64,000 nucleotides of DNA from assembly GCA_963739295.1 (NCBI GenBank), contig CAVTZS010000008.1:41348-105347 (forward strand). Direction: 5' to 3'. Position numbers and translations under genes: made by a program. Positions 9,320 through 19,287 of this stretch are shown here, one piece after another. Position 1 is the stretch's first letter. Each line of letters starts with the position of its first letter. The notes beneath the pieces are model-generated. The model made no database searches. It was not told where the DNA came from and saw nothing but the letters and a program-made list of their open reading frames with translations. Origin of the DNA: an uncultured delta proteobacterium (GTDB taxonomy: Bacteria > Desulfobacterota > Desulfobaccia > Desulfobaccales > 0-14-0-80-60-11).

Positions 9320-9766
9320 TTAAGTCGTCTTGGCAGCCTTACGCCTGAATGCTCCCAGGCCTTTTTCTATGGCCAGTTTCCGGCGCTGCTCAGAGTATTC
9401 CTTACATACCAAGGGATACTTCTTGCGATCCAGGCCGTAGCGCTGGAAATATTCCTTGGGTAGCAGAGTGTGGGCCTTGCGCAAATGGGTCTTTAAGGTG
9501 CGCATCTTCTTGCCGCACTCCAGGCAGACGACGTATTTTTCCTTGACGATGTCCCTTAGGGGGATCGGTGGTTTCTTCACCCCTTCTGCTTCCTTGCTCT
9601 TTACCGGCTCGGGCTCCTCCAGCGCTTCCCCGCCTTCCAACGAGGCCAAGGCATTATAAATCTCTTTAATTTCATCCACTAATTCTTGGGGACTGAGTTC
9701 CGTCATGGAGGCGTGGGAAATTACGATCTGTGCCGTTAATTTCAAGACTTCACTGGCCATATGCAC
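9320..9766 (-). CDS. MucR/Ros family transcriptional regulator
   Basis: 148 aa. Zinc-finger region VCLECGKKMRTLKTHLRKAH...EYFQRYGL...PLVCKEYSEQRRKLA is typical of ROS/MUCR proteins. Confidence 0.85.
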   Translation of the reverse strand: MHMASEVLKLTAQIVISHASMTELSPQELVDEIKEIYNALASLEGGEALEEPEPVKSKEAEGVKKPPIPLRDIVKEKYVVCLECGKKMRTLKTHLRKAHTLLPKEYFQRYGLDRKKYPLVCKEYSEQRRKLAIEKGLGAFRRKAAKTT

Positions 9767-9968
9767 CTTCCTTTCTTTTTACTCTATTAAATAAAAGGGG
9801 GATATTAACTTCTTCTCGTAGCTTTATATTAAACCCTGTTTTATCCGTCAAGGAATTTTCATTTTATTGCTTTTTATTTTGCGTGGGAGTTAAAACTTCT
9901 CCCATCTCTTAGAGTCAGGGCTAAAGTGCCCAGGCTCGAACTCAGAATATTTCGTTATGCAGATCATA

Positions 9969-9994
9969 TTTGTAATTAATTTTTGTAATTAATT
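9969..9994. promoter_or_regulatory. perfect tandem 13-mer (TTTGTAATTAATT x2) upstream of the MucR-family gene
   Basis: Copies at 9969-9981 and 9982-9994 are identical. Each contains the palindrome AATTAATT. Confidence 0.4.
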
Positions 9995-10187
9995 GAAATT
10001 TTTGGGAAGCTTCGGCTTTGACAAGTTAGCCGCGATCGGGCCATGGGTCGAAACCAGTTCTGTAAGTGTGGGGGGCGAGATTCCCACGCTACTCGATTAC
10101 TGGAATGGATCGACCCGAGGAATTAAAGGGGAAAGGTGATGGGTCTTTATTGAGGTGATCGGAAGGCATGAAACCCCGGGAGGGTTC

Positions 10188-10880
10188 TCAGCTAACCTGA
10201 TGGTTCAAATGGCCGTCCTTGAGATGGTAGACGTAGTCGAACCCTTCGATCATCCTTATGTCGTGCGTCACCACGATTACCGCCGATTGGTTTTCCTTGG
10301 CGATTTTCTTTAACATCTCCATGACCTTCTTGCCGCGCACAGTGTCCAGCGACGCGGTAGGTTCATCGGCCAGGATCAGGCGTGGGTTGTTGGCCAGGGC
10401 CCGGGCGATGGCCACCCGCTGCTGTTCGCCGCCAGAAAGGAGAGCGGGCAGGTAGTCGGCTCGGTCAGCTATTTCCATATACTCCAGGAGTTCCATGACC
10501 CGACTCTGGGCGGCTTCCCCTTTGATACCCACCAGGCTCAGAGGAAACAGGACGTTCTGACGGGCCGTGAGAAAGGGAATGAGATTATGGGACTGGAAGA
10601 TGAAACCCATCTTCTCCCGGCGGATGCGTCGGATGTCCACCCCGGCCCAGCCATTTTTCTGAAAGATGGTCTGGCCGTCAAAGACAATCTTACCCTGAGT
10701 GGGTTCCAGGATCAGGCTGGTGCAGAGCAACATGGTGGTCTTGCCGGAGCCGCTGGGACCCAGCAGGGCCACCAAATCCCCGGCGGAGGCTGAGAGATTG
10801 ATACCCTCTAAGGCCCGCACCTCCAGGCGGCCGGACCCGAAAATCTTCGTTAGGCCCTCGATCCTCAAAACTTCCATCAC
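10188..10880 (-). CDS. devA: ABC transporter ATP-binding protein (DevA/MacB-type)
   Basis: 230 aa. Walker [10 protein letters not shown], signature [15 protein letters not shown], Walker B LILADEPT. Confidence 0.9.
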   Translation of the reverse strand: MMEVLRIEGLTKIFGSGRLEVRALEGINLSASAGDLVALLGPSGSGKTTMLLCTSLILEPTQGKIVFDGQTIFQKNGWAGVDIRRIRREKMGFIFQSHNLIPFLTARQNVLFPLSLVGIKGEAAQSRVMELLEYMEIADRADYLPALLSGGEQQRVAIARALANNPRLILADEPTASLDTVRGKKVMEMLKKIAKENQSAVIVVTHDIRMIEGFDYVYHLKDGHLNHQVS

Positions 10881-12076
10881 TGTCCTCCCAGAGCCATGGC
10901 AGGTTGAGTCTTTAAGGCCTGCCAGAGCCCCAAGATGCTGGCCAGGATGCCTCCGAACAAGACCACGATAAAGGTGATGACCTCGTCTTCCAGGAGAAGC
11001 AGGATGGTCCGGGGAAAGTATTGATAAGTCTGGTGGATGAGGATGAAAGCGAACACAAAGGCGCTGACGGTCAAGAGTAGGGATTGCTCCAGCACCAGGC
11101 GGACGATCACCTTATTGGGGGCTCCGATGAGCTTCATGACCGCAATGGAGCGAATCTTTTCCATGGTGAAGGTATAAATCACCAGGGAGATGATGACCAC
11201 GGACACGAGCATCAGCAGGGTCCGGAAGAGGAGCAATTGCTTGGTCATACTGGCCAGCCGCCCTTTGAGCATCAGTTGCACCTCCCCCTGGGTGGTATAA
11301 ACCGAAAAATAGAGCCACTGTTCAATATGCCTGGCCACGGCGGCCGGGTCCGCCCCCGGCTTCAGGTCCACCAAGACGGCATTGATGATGTGCGTGTCCG
11401 GCGCCAGAGACGCGGCGAGATTGGCAGCAGTTACGGGGGAGAGGGTTTTCTGACCGCTCAGGGTGCGGGCCAGCCGTTCCCGCTGGGTGCGCACCTCTTC
11501 GTTATCCTTCTGGTACGCCACTTCCTGGGCGTCCGGCAGAGACAGGTACACCAGAGGGTCGCCGTTGGTATCGATGGCTCCCTGAGTCAGGCCCACCACC
11601 GTGTAAGTATGGAGGCCCAGGGTCACCTGGTCTCCCAGCCGCACGCCCAATTTCTTGTCAGCCACCATTTCATAATGGGCCTGCCGCAGGCCCCGGCCCG
11701 CCATAAGCCGCTGAGGTCCGCCCAGCCCGGTAAAGACGTCGTAGCCGATGATGCTGAAATGCCGGCTTTGATCGCCGATCTGACGCTCCACCGTATAATA
11801 AATAAAGGGACAGGCCTTCTGCACCCCGGGAACCGCCTTGACGCTGTAATGGTAGTACTCGGACATGGAGGACTGCTCGTTGAAGGGACCGCCCCGGAAG
11901 CGCTCCACCACCCAGAGGTCGGGGTTGGTGGCCTGGATGATCGCCAGGCCTTCGTAGATATTACCCCGGTAGAGGCCGTTCATGGCCAGCACGATGGTGA
12001 AGAGCAGCCCCACCCCGATGATGGTGGCGATGAACCGCCCCATGTGGAGCTTCAGGTCATAAACGGCTAAATCCAT
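10877..12076 (-). CDS. devC: ABC transporter permease, FtsX/DevC-type
   Basis: 399 aa. An N-terminal TM helix, a large periplasmic loop and a C-terminal FtsX-like 3-TM bundle. It overlaps both neighbours by 1-4 nt. Confidence 0.85.
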   Translation of the reverse strand: MDLAVYDLKLHMGRFIATIIGVGLLFTIVLAMNGLYRGNIYEGLAIIQATNPDLWVVERFRGGPFNEQSSMSEYYHYSVKAVPGVQKACPFIYYTVERQIGDQSRHFSIIGYDVFTGLGGPQRLMAGRGLRQAHYEMVADKKLGVRLGDQVTLGLHTYTVVGLTQGAIDTNGDPLVYLSLPDAQEVAYQKDNEEVRTQRERLARTLSGQKTLSPVTAANLAASLAPDTHIINAVLVDLKPGADPAAVARHIEQWLYFSVYTTQGEVQLMLKGRLASMTKQLLLFRTLLMLVSVVIISLVIYTFTMEKIRSIAVMKLIGAPNKVIVRLVLEQSLLLTVSAFVFAFILIHQTYQYFPRTILLLLEDEVITFIVVLFGGILASILGLWQALKTQPAMALGGQ

Positions 12077-13233
12077 CAGTCCCTCTGGGCGGCTTGCTTG
12101 ATTTCCGGGTGGATTTTCTTGCCGGGGACCAGGCCCGCGGGATTGGCCACCACCAGGTCGCCCTCTTTCAGGCCCTCCGTTACCGCAGTCCTGGCGTCGT
12201 CCTGCAAACCCAGGGAGACTTTGCGGAAGCGCAGGATGCCGCTATCTGCCACCAGAACGCCTCTGGCGCCGTTTTTGGCAATAACGACCGACAGGGGCAC
12301 CACCAGGGCAGTCTGGCGGCCGGTGTTGATGTCCACCATGCCTTCCTCGCCGATGACCAGGGGCTCCGGCAATTTCTCAAATTTTACGTCTACTTCCAAT
12401 TCCCGGGTGACGGTGTCCGCCTCCTTATTGAGGCGGAACACTTCTCCCCGCGCGGCGCGACCAGACCGCAAGATAATATGGGCCGGCTGTCCGGGACGCA
12501 GCTGGGCGATCTTGGTTTCATCAATCCAGGTGGCCATCCACACCTGGTCCAGGTCCACCATCTGGAAAATGGGGTTGCCGGGGACCAGGGTACTGCCCAC
12601 CTCCGCCTTGCGCACGGTGATGAGGCCGTCCATGGGCGCCAGGATGCGGGTGTAGCCATGCAAAGCTTCGGCCGCGTGGGTTTCCGACTCCGCCTGCTTT
12701 ACTGCCGCTTGCAGGGCCGTAACCGTGGCCTGGGTGGCTGCGACTTCGCTTTCGGCCACTCGAAGTTGGGCCTTGGTAGTATCGAAGGAAGCCTGGGAGA
12801 TGTAACCGGGTTTGAAGACCTCCAGGTCCCGCTGGTAATTGCTGCGAGCCAGGCCCAGGTTGGCCTGGGCCTTTCCCAAATCGGCTTGGGCCCGAGCCAG
12901 GTCCCGCTGGGCGCGGTTTTTAGCTGCATGGGCCGCCGCCTCCCGGGCCCGCAGTTCTACGGAGTCCAGTTCCGCCAGGAGCTGCCCTTTCTGCACCCGG
13001 TCACCCTGGTCGGCATAGAGTTTCTCCAAAATCCCGGTAATCTTGGGGCTCACCGCCACCGGCACCTTGGACTGCACCGTGCCCGGCCCGTGCACCTTGC
13101 CCTCGATCTCCGCCTTCTGGACCACAATTACCGGCACCCGCGGGGAATACCAGATAAGGCGGTAGCCCAATAAAATGAGGACGACCAGCCCTAGGGCCGC
13201 CCCGATGGCCCTCTTTCCTTTAACTAATTTCAC
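12076..13233 (-). CDS. devB: HlyD/DevB-type periplasmic adaptor (membrane fusion protein)
   Basis: 385 aa with an N-terminal TM anchor, a long coiled-coil (AREAAAHAAKNRAQRDLARAQADLGKAQANL...) and beta-barrel regions. Confidence 0.85.
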   Translation of the reverse strand: MKLVKGKRAIGAALGLVVLILLGYRLIWYSPRVPVIVVQKAEIEGKVHGPGTVQSKVPVAVSPKITGILEKLYADQGDRVQKGQLLAELDSVELRAREAAAHAAKNRAQRDLARAQADLGKAQANLGLARSNYQRDLEVFKPGYISQASFDTTKAQLRVAESEVAATQATVTALQAAVKQAESETHAAEALHGYTRILAPMDGLITVRKAEVGSTLVPGNPIFQMVDLDQVWMATWIDETKIAQLRPGQPAHIILRSGRAARGEVFRLNKEADTVTRELEVDVKFEKLPEPLVIGEEGMVDINTGRQTALVVPLSVVIAKNGARGVLVADSGILRFRKVSLGLQDDARTAVTEGLKEGDLVVANPAGLVPGKKIHPEIKQAAQRD

Positions 13234-14588
13234 CTCTTTTGTCCCCCAACATCGCTTGGCTGAGTAAACCCATTTGGACCGGAACCGGTGATTTGTTTGA
13301 TCCGGGCGCGGGCTATTTCATAAGCTACTAAGTATTTTATCATATTAAAGCGGGAGCCGGTGAGGTCCACCTGGGCCTGGAGCACGTCCAACCCGATGGC
13401 CTTGCCGTGGCGGTAAAGGGCCTGGGCGCTGGCGTAGGCTTCTTCGTTGGTGGCCACGGTCTGCCGGGTGGTGGCCACCCCTTGGCGAGCGTTTTCCTGG
13501 TCTTTCCAGGCGGTGGTTAAGTCCACTTTGAGGCCGTTGAGGCGGTCCCGTTTTTTCTCCAGCAGTTGCAGGCCCTGGGAAGAGGCCTTGGCCACCTGGG
13601 CCCTGGTCAAGCCGCCCTCGAAGAAGGGATACTCCATAAAAAAGCCCGCGATCCATTCCGGCTTGGTACCGCCCAGGTCCCGGTGGCGCACGTCGCTGCC
13701 GGCCTGGAGGCTGACTTCCGGGAAATAAGAACCTTGTGCGGCTTTGATCAGGGTCTGGCTCTGCTTAATATCTAAATCCAACTTTTTAATTTCCGGATTG
13801 CTCTTCAGCACTTCTTGCCACATGGAGTTTATATCCCCCGCGGCCGCAAATTCCTGGGGCAGTTTCCCCCTGATGTCCACCTGGACCTGCTCTTTCAGCC
13901 CCAGGGTGCGGGCCAGGATTTCCCGGGCCAGGCGCACCGCGTTTTGGGCTTCGACCACGGCCTGCTCCGCATCTGAAACTTGAGACTGAGCGCGGAAACT
14001 ATCGAGGTGGGTAACTTTGCCGGCCTTATAAAAGGCCTCAGTAAGCCTGGCAAACTCCTGGCGCTGCTGCAAGGCTTCCTGGGCCACCTTCAGGTTCTCC
14101 TTGGCTTCAATCAGGCGGTAGAAGGCCTCGGTCACCGTATAAGCCACTTCCTCGGCGGTGCGTTGCACTTCCTGCTTCTGCGACTGGGTGCCGGTCTTGG
14201 CGGCCTGGGTGTTGTAATAGGTCTTCAAGCCGTCGAAAATGATCTGCTTGCCGGTAACGCTGGTATACCCCTCTCTCTTGAACAGTTCTATATTGGTGAG
14301 GCCGCCTCCAGGAGAAAAGCGGTTAGGCGGCTGCCGGTCATAGAAAGAGGTTAGTACGAGCCGGGGAAAAAACTTGGACCGGGCCGCCTGGTAATCCGCC
14401 ACCAACTCCTGGACCTTCTCCTGGCTGGCGCCGAGGACCGGATTATACTGCCGGGCCAGGAACAGGCAGTCTTCCAGGGAAAGGGCCTGATAATCCTTTT
14501 CCTGCGCCGCCGTTATTCCAGCCTGGAAAATAAAAATAGCCGCAGCAACCAAGATAATAATTGACAGGTTCTTTGAGGTGAATTGCAT
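13230..14588 (-). CDS. tolC: TolC family outer membrane efflux protein
   Basis: I prefer the start at ATG 14588 (MQFTSKNLSIIILVAAAIFIFQAGITAAQE, a signal peptide). Two TolC-like repeats are present. The ORF-track start at 14732 adds a basic non-signal leader. Confidence 0.85.
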   Translation of the reverse strand: MQFTSKNLSIIILVAAAIFIFQAGITAAQEKDYQALSLEDCLFLARQYNPVLGASQEKVQELVADYQAARSKFFPRLVLTSFYDRQPPNRFSPGGGLTNIELFKREGYTSVTGKQIIFDGLKTYYNTQAAKTGTQSQKQEVQRTAEEVAYTVTEAFYRLIEAKENLKVAQEALQQRQEFARLTEAFYKAGKVTHLDSFRAQSQVSDAEQAVVEAQNAVRLAREILARTLGLKEQVQVDIRGKLPQEFAAAGDINSMWQEVLKSNPEIKKLDLDIKQSQTLIKAAQGSYFPEVSLQAGSDVRHRDLGGTKPEWIAGFFMEYPFFEGGLTRAQVAKASSQGLQLLEKKRDRLNGLKVDLTTAWKDQENARQGVATTRQTVATNEEAYASAQALYRHGKAIGLDVLQAQVDLTGSRFNMIKYLVAYEIARARIKQITGSGPNGFTQPSDVGGQKR

Positions 14589-14717
14589 CAACTTCTCCTT
14601 GAGGGTAAGCCATAACCTTATCTCGGGCCAGGGGCGTGTCTTAGGGGATTTTCTTCTGGGTCCAAGCCGGCGTGGCCTTTCATTATTTAAATGATAGGAT
14701 GCCGACTGAAAAAGGGA

Positions 14718-14733
14718 TATGATTTTAATCATA
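14718..14733. promoter_or_regulatory. perfect 16-bp palindrome TATGATTTTAATCATA (FNR/CRP-box geometry) in the divergent tolC-crp intergenic region
   Basis: ATGAT-N4-ATCAT has the spacing of TTGAT-N4-ATCAA. It lies 49 bp upstream of the Crp/Fnr gene start at 14782. Confidence 0.45.
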
Positions 14734-14781
14734 CGAGAGCAGATTTTTTCAAGGGAGAGAAATTATCCTGGGGTTGCAGCG

Positions 14782-15429
14782 ATGCTGGCAGGGATATCGA
14801 TCTTCGCCAATCTTTCGCCGGAGCATCTGAAGGCGCTGAAAGAGATCACCCAGGAAATTTTTCTGGAAAAGGGGGCGATGCTTTTTGCCCCCGGGGATCC
14901 ATCCCAAGGGTTTTATGTGGTCCACGAGGGCGCGGTGCGGGTTTACGGGATGTCTCCCCAGGGCAAAGAGATAACCCAGGAGATCGCCGATCAGGGGAGC
15001 GCCTTCGCTTTAGCCAGTCCATTTTCCGATTCCTATCACTGCTTTGCGGAGGCCCTGAAAGACAGTCGGCTCTACCTCATAAAAAAGAAGGAATTTTTGG
15101 ACCTGGTAACCGGCGATATAAGATTCGCCGCCGAATGGATCAGAGTGCTGTCCCTATTGGTCATTCACCTCCGCAGGCGCCTGGTCGACCTCACTCTCAA
15201 ACCCCCCAAGGTGAGAATCGCCAACTACATTTTGCTCCTGGCCGAAATGCAAAATTCCCGGTCCATCGTCCTCCCCGTCCCGCGCAAAGAGCTGGCGACC
15301 TTCTTGGGCATGACCCACGAGACCTTCTACCGCACCGCCAAGGAGCTGGCAAATGATGGTCTGGTGCGGTTTACCGGGCAAAAAATTGACATCCTTGACC
15401 AGAACCTGCTAGCGGAAATAACGGAGTGA
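14782..15429 (+). CDS. Crp/Fnr family transcriptional regulator
   Basis: cNMP-binding-like domain (FLEKGAMLFAPGDPSQGFYVVHEGAVRVY) plus a C-terminal HTH (RKELATFLGMTHETFYRTAKEL). I prefer ATG 14782 to 14719, which sits inside the palindrome. Confidence 0.85.
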   Translation: MLAGISIFANLSPEHLKALKEITQEIFLEKGAMLFAPGDPSQGFYVVHEGAVRVYGMSPQGKEITQEIADQGSAFALASPFSDSYHCFAEALKDSRLYLIKKKEFLDLVTGDIRFAAEWIRVLSLLVIHLRRRLVDLTLKPPKVRIANYILLLAEMQNSRSIVLPVPRKELATFLGMTHETFYRTAKELANDGLVRFTGQKIDILDQNLLAEITE

Positions 15430-15894
15430 ACTGCCATTCAGGGCGGTTGAGGGAAACGCGCACCCTTTCTCAGAGTGCCATGCTCCCGGCGCCACCCTAA
15501 AAGCCGGCCCTTAGAATACGTCTTCTTGGACCACCCAGCGTCGGATGGGCTCCACCATGGCAAGCCCACCAAAGGCAGTGACACCCAGATATAGGAAGAT
15601 TGTAGCTATTCCCAAACTGATGGGGTCTTAGCATGCTGATTAAATTGTTGGCGCTGAACCATTTAAGGCTTAATTTTGTCCCTTAAACAGACCCCCGACA
15701 AGATTTCTTTGCCAAGACCCTGGCCTTATCTGGGACCCGCCGATGCTACGGAGAGCAAGGCTTTTTGGAGGAGACGATCACTGATATATATCCGTAAATT
15801 AGAAACCATAATTATCGCCACTATTTTAATCCCTGGACAAATATCATATTAATCCCTTGTCATTGAAAACCTAAAAGCTCAAAATTAAAATCAC

Positions 15895-16656
15895 ATGAAA
15901 ACGCGCCTCGACCAACTGCTGGTGGCCCGGGGGTTGGCGGTGAGCCGCTCCCAGGCCCAGGCCCTGATCCTGGCGGGACGGGTGCTGGTCTCGGGAGTGG
16001 CGGAAACCAAGGCCGGCACCCAGGTACCGGAAGATGCCCAGGTGGCCCTGAAACCCCCTCCCAGGCGTTATGTCAGCCGGGGCGGGGAGAAGCTGGCCGC
16101 GGCCCTCAAGCATTTCCTCCTGTCCCCCGCGGGCAAGGTGGCCCTGGATGTGGGGGCCTCCACCGGTGGCTTTACCCATGTGCTTCTGACCCTGGGGGTG
16201 AGCAAGGTCTATGCCGTGGATGTGGGCTACGGCCAGTTGGCCCCGGAACTGCGTCAGGACCCCCGGGTGGTGGTATTGGAGCGCACCAATATCCGCCATC
16301 TGCCCCGGGAGGCCATCCCCGAGGCGGTTGACCTCGTCACCCTGGACCTGTCCTTCATCTCCCTTACCCTGGTGATTCCGGAGCTCCTTAAGTTCCTGAG
16401 CCCCGCGGGGGAAATCCTGGCCCTGGTGAAGCCTCAATTCGAGGTGGGTAAGGGCAGGGTAGGGAAGGGGGGGGTGGTGCGGGAGCCTGAAATCCAAATG
16501 GAGGCAGTGGCCCGGGTGGCGCAGGCCGCGGCCGCGCTGGGCTTTAAAGTGAGTCCGCCCTTTCCCTCCCCCTTAAAGGGTCCCAAGGGGAATCAGGAAT
16601 ATTTTCTGCATCTTATCGCGCCCCAGGATCTTACTGCTTCTGCCGGTAGCTATTGA
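15895..16656 (+). CDS. tlyA: TlyA family rRNA (cytidine-2'-O)-methyltransferase
   Basis: 253 aa. S4-like N-terminus MKTRLDQLLVARGLAVSRSQAQALI and SAM motif LDVGASTGGFT. Confidence 0.9.
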   Translation: MKTRLDQLLVARGLAVSRSQAQALILAGRVLVSGVAETKAGTQVPEDAQVALKPPPRRYVSRGGEKLAAALKHFLLSPAGKVALDVGASTGGFTHVLLTLGVSKVYAVDVGYGQLAPELRQDPRVVVLERTNIRHLPREAIPEAVDLVTLDLSFISLTLVIPELLKFLSPAGEILALVKPQFEVGKGRVGKGGVVREPEIQMEAVARVAQAAAALGFKVSPPFPSPLKGPKGNQEYFLHLIAPQDLTASAGSY

Positions 16657-16728
16657 CAAAGCTGCGGGCTCTCTTTAATATTTATTTAAACAAAAAGCCA
16701 ACCTAGCCCTTTAGCCCGGAGTGAGATT

Positions 16729-17574
16729 ATGGAAAACAGGGTTAAAACCATTCTGTTATTGACCGGCCTCACGGTGTTTCTGATCCTGATGGGGAGGATC
16801 ATCGGCGGCCGCACCGGCATGGAAATCGCCTTCCTGCTGGCCCTGGCCATGAACTTCTTCAGTTACTGGTTCTCAGACAAAATCGTGCTGCGGATGTACA
16901 GGGCCCAAGAGGTGACCCCGGAGGAGGCCCCGCAGTTGCACGCCATGGTGGAACAGCTGGCCCGGGAGGCCAACATCCCCAAGCCCAAAGTGTATATCAT
17001 CCCTGAGGACTCCCCCAACGCCTTTGCCACCGGTCGCAACCCGGAGCACGCGGCGGTGGCGGCCACCCAGGGCATCCTGCGCCTCTTGACCCCCGCGGAA
17101 CTGAAAGGGGTGCTGGCCCATGAGATGGGGCACGTCCTGAACCGGGATATTCTGATTTCCACCATAGCCGCGACGCTGGCCGGGACCATCATGATTTTGG
17201 CCAATATGGCCCGGTTCGCCGCGTTCTTCGGGGGCGGCCAGGACGACGAGGAGGGCCCCGGAGTCCTGGGCTTGATCGTCATGTCCATCGTGGCCCCCAT
17301 TGCCGCCATGCTCGTCCAGATGGCCATCTCCCGCTCCCGGGAGTATCTGGCGGATGAGACCGGGGCGCACCTGGCCCACAACCCCGAGTCTCTGGCCCGG
17401 GCGCTGGAAAAATTGGAGCGGGGCACGCAGGTGGCGCCCATGGATGCCAGCCCGGCCACCGCGCACATGTTCATTGTCAACCCCCTGAGCGGCACTACCC
17501 TGATGAACCTGTTCAGCACCCATCCCCCCATCGAGGAGCGGATCGCGCGCCTTCGGGCCATGCGGAGCTATTAA
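16729..17574 (+). CDS. htpX: zinc metalloprotease HtpX
   Basis: 281 aa. TM helices, HEMGHV zinc motif and the typical HtpX C-terminus THPPIEERI. Confidence 0.95.
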   Translation: MENRVKTILLLTGLTVFLILMGRIIGGRTGMEIAFLLALAMNFFSYWFSDKIVLRMYRAQEVTPEEAPQLHAMVEQLAREANIPKPKVYIIPEDSPNAFATGRNPEHAAVAATQGILRLLTPAELKGVLAHEMGHVLNRDILISTIAATLAGTIMILANMARFAAFFGGGQDDEEGPGVLGLIVMSIVAPIAAMLVQMAISRSREYLADETGAHLAHNPESLARALEKLERGTQVAPMDASPATAHMFIVNPLSGTTLMNLFSTHPPIEERIARLRAMRSY

Positions 17575-17610
17575 AACTGGCTCCTAAAAAGCCGAAATCG
17601 TGTTATTAAT

Positions 17611-17653
17611 AAAGGGTCGCCTGCCAGGGAGCAGGGGACCCTTTGCAATTTTT
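17611..17653 (+). terminator. putative intrinsic terminator after htpX
   Basis: AAAGGGTCGCCTGC-CAGGGA-GCAGGGGACCCTTT followed by GCAATTTTT. Confidence 0.5.
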
Positions 17654-17901
17654 AGAGGTACTTTTGGAGCGGCTCTAATTGCGGCGATATTTTAGCCTGG
17701 ATTAGGCGGCGAATTATGATGGATGCCGGAAAAGGGAGGAACTTACCCCGGCCAATTTAGCGAGAACGGCTTTTATCTCCTTTTTTACTTCAGCAGCCAA
17801 GCAGATGATTGGGGGGAGAACCTTAAGCCGGATAGTTCTTTAAAGAATAACCCTTCTATCAGTTACTACAATTTATCTTAATATCCCCCATTGGAAGCGA
17901 A

Positions 17902-19218
17902 ATGGATAAGTTCTGGTTAAATAAATCCTTTTATATTAAGAAATTTTGGCCATATATCATCTCTTCTTTAATATTATTGTTCTTCTTGGGGATTAATTTA
18001 TTATTAATAATTTTCTTTTTATTTATTATATTAATCATTATTTCATATAAGTATTCTTATCTTGATAAATTGCACACCTGTATGGTCAATGTAACTATTA
18101 CTATTACAGCCATTTTCATTACAGTTGTTTTAATAGAAGCATATTTGCACATTGTTAGGCCAAACTTTCTGGAAATACAACCTAAGAATAGTCGCACTGG
18201 AGAGCTTATAGATTTTACTTCAAGAGGGTATCTGGATAATAGTGTTTTTAATAAAGATAAGAATGTCTTTAGAATACTGGGCTTAGGAGATTCTTTTGCA
18301 ATATATTTGAGGTGGATAAACAAAAACTATCATAATTTCTTACAAACTAATTTTGATCTCAGCTGTGGGAAAAATAAAATTGAAATTATTAATGCCGGGA
18401 TGGAAGCTACTGGTCCTGGATATAATTGGCACATTCTAAATAAATATGGTGATTTACTAAAGCCTGATTTAATTCTAGTCGGTTTTTTTGTTGGAAACAG
18501 TTTCAATAAAATGGATTTTGACACAATTGACCTCGGAGAACTGATTTGGGAACGACGAGACCCCATTGAAAGATTTTTAGGTTATTTTAGATTTAAATAT
18601 TTTTGGCTCTATAAATATTTTTATAGAAGACGCGTTTGGATGTTGGAGAAACGACAAAAAGAAAAAGAGTTAAGTGAAGGAGTCATAAAAAGAGATGAAG
18701 GAGTTTCCAAAGAAAATTTCTTAAGGTTGGAAAGGGATCGGATATGGATATGTGATAGAAATAAAAGGTCTGATTTAGTAAAATTATGGGATGCAAAATC
18801 TAATCTTATGTTGAATTTCAAGGAATGGGGGCGTAAAAGAAATATTAAAGTAGTATTCGTTATTTTCCCAGATGAATTTCAGGTTAATTCTGATCTATTC
18901 CAAGAGATTCTCAAAAAATATGCCATATCTGAAGAATCTATAGATCTACATTTTCCAAATACCTTGCTATTGAATTTCTGTAATCATCATGATTTATATT
19001 GCCTGGATATGTTAGAACAATTTCAAGAAAATGCTAAATCCAAACAATTATATATCCCCAGAGATACTCATTGGAATGCAGAAGGAAACAAACTGGCTGC
19101 TGATATCATTTTCAATTATCTGGAGAAAAATAATCTTGTCAAAGTAAAAAAATCCGATCATGTAACCGATTCCTTAATTTTTGGTAATATCCCTTCAATT
19201 AATACCCTTCGAAAATGA
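17902..19218 (+). CDS. membrane-anchored SGNH/GDSL-like hydrolase (AlgJ/AlgX-like DTHW motif)
   Basis: 438 aa from a strongly AT-rich ORF. The N-terminus has TM helices. Block I is LGLGDSFAIY, block III-like is VGFFVGNSF, and block V is PRDTHWNAEGNKLAA. Confidence 0.6.
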   Translation: MDKFWLNKSFYIKKFWPYIISSLILLFFLGINLLLIIFFLFIILIIISYKYSYLDKLHTCMVNVTITITAIFITVVLIEAYLHIVRPNFLEIQPKNSRTGELIDFTSRGYLDNSVFNKDKNVFRILGLGDSFAIYLRWINKNYHNFLQTNFDLSCGKNKIEIINAGMEATGPGYNWHILNKYGDLLKPDLILVGFFVGNSFNKMDFDTIDLGELIWERRDPIERFLGYFRFKYFWLYKYFYRRRVWMLEKRQKEKELSEGVIKRDEGVSKENFLRLERDRIWICDRNKRSDLVKLWDAKSNLMLNFKEWGRKRNIKVVFVIFPDEFQVNSDLFQEILKKYAISEESIDLHFPNTLLLNFCNHHDLYCLDMLEQFQENAKSKQLYIPRDTHWNAEGNKLAADIIFNYLEKNNLVKVKKSDHVTDSLIFGNIPSINTLRK

Positions 19219-19287
19219 AAAGAGATTCTGAGCAGCGACTTGCCACAGACACCTATGGATGGATAATGGGGATTGAGGAGATTGGCT

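Noticed and set aside
9886-9950. Possible tRNA or tRNA fragment (GAGTTCGAGCCTGGG on the minus strand resembles a T-loop)
   Set aside because: The flanking 5-nt segments are not complementary, so there is no T-stem. No acceptor stem or anticodon arm could be built by eye.
11084-13173. Long antisense ORFs (328 aa and 359 aa), with similar ones at 22296-23099, 38105-38623, 49298-50299, 55805-56911, 16863-17561 and 44149-44955
   Set aside because: These are shadow ORFs opposite well-supported genes in GC-rich DNA. Their translations are Gly/Arg/His/Pro-rich with no motifs.
15515-15645. Small minus-strand membrane-like ORF (…LGIATIFLYLGVTAFGGLAMVEPIRRWVVQEDVF*), plus a plus-strand fragment (…DFFAKTLALSGTRRCYGEQGFLEETITDIYP*) at 15700-15800
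   Set aside because: There is no convincing start codon or RBS, each is under 40 aa, and I recognise no family. They may be gene remnants in the crp-tlyA gap, but I cannot support a call.
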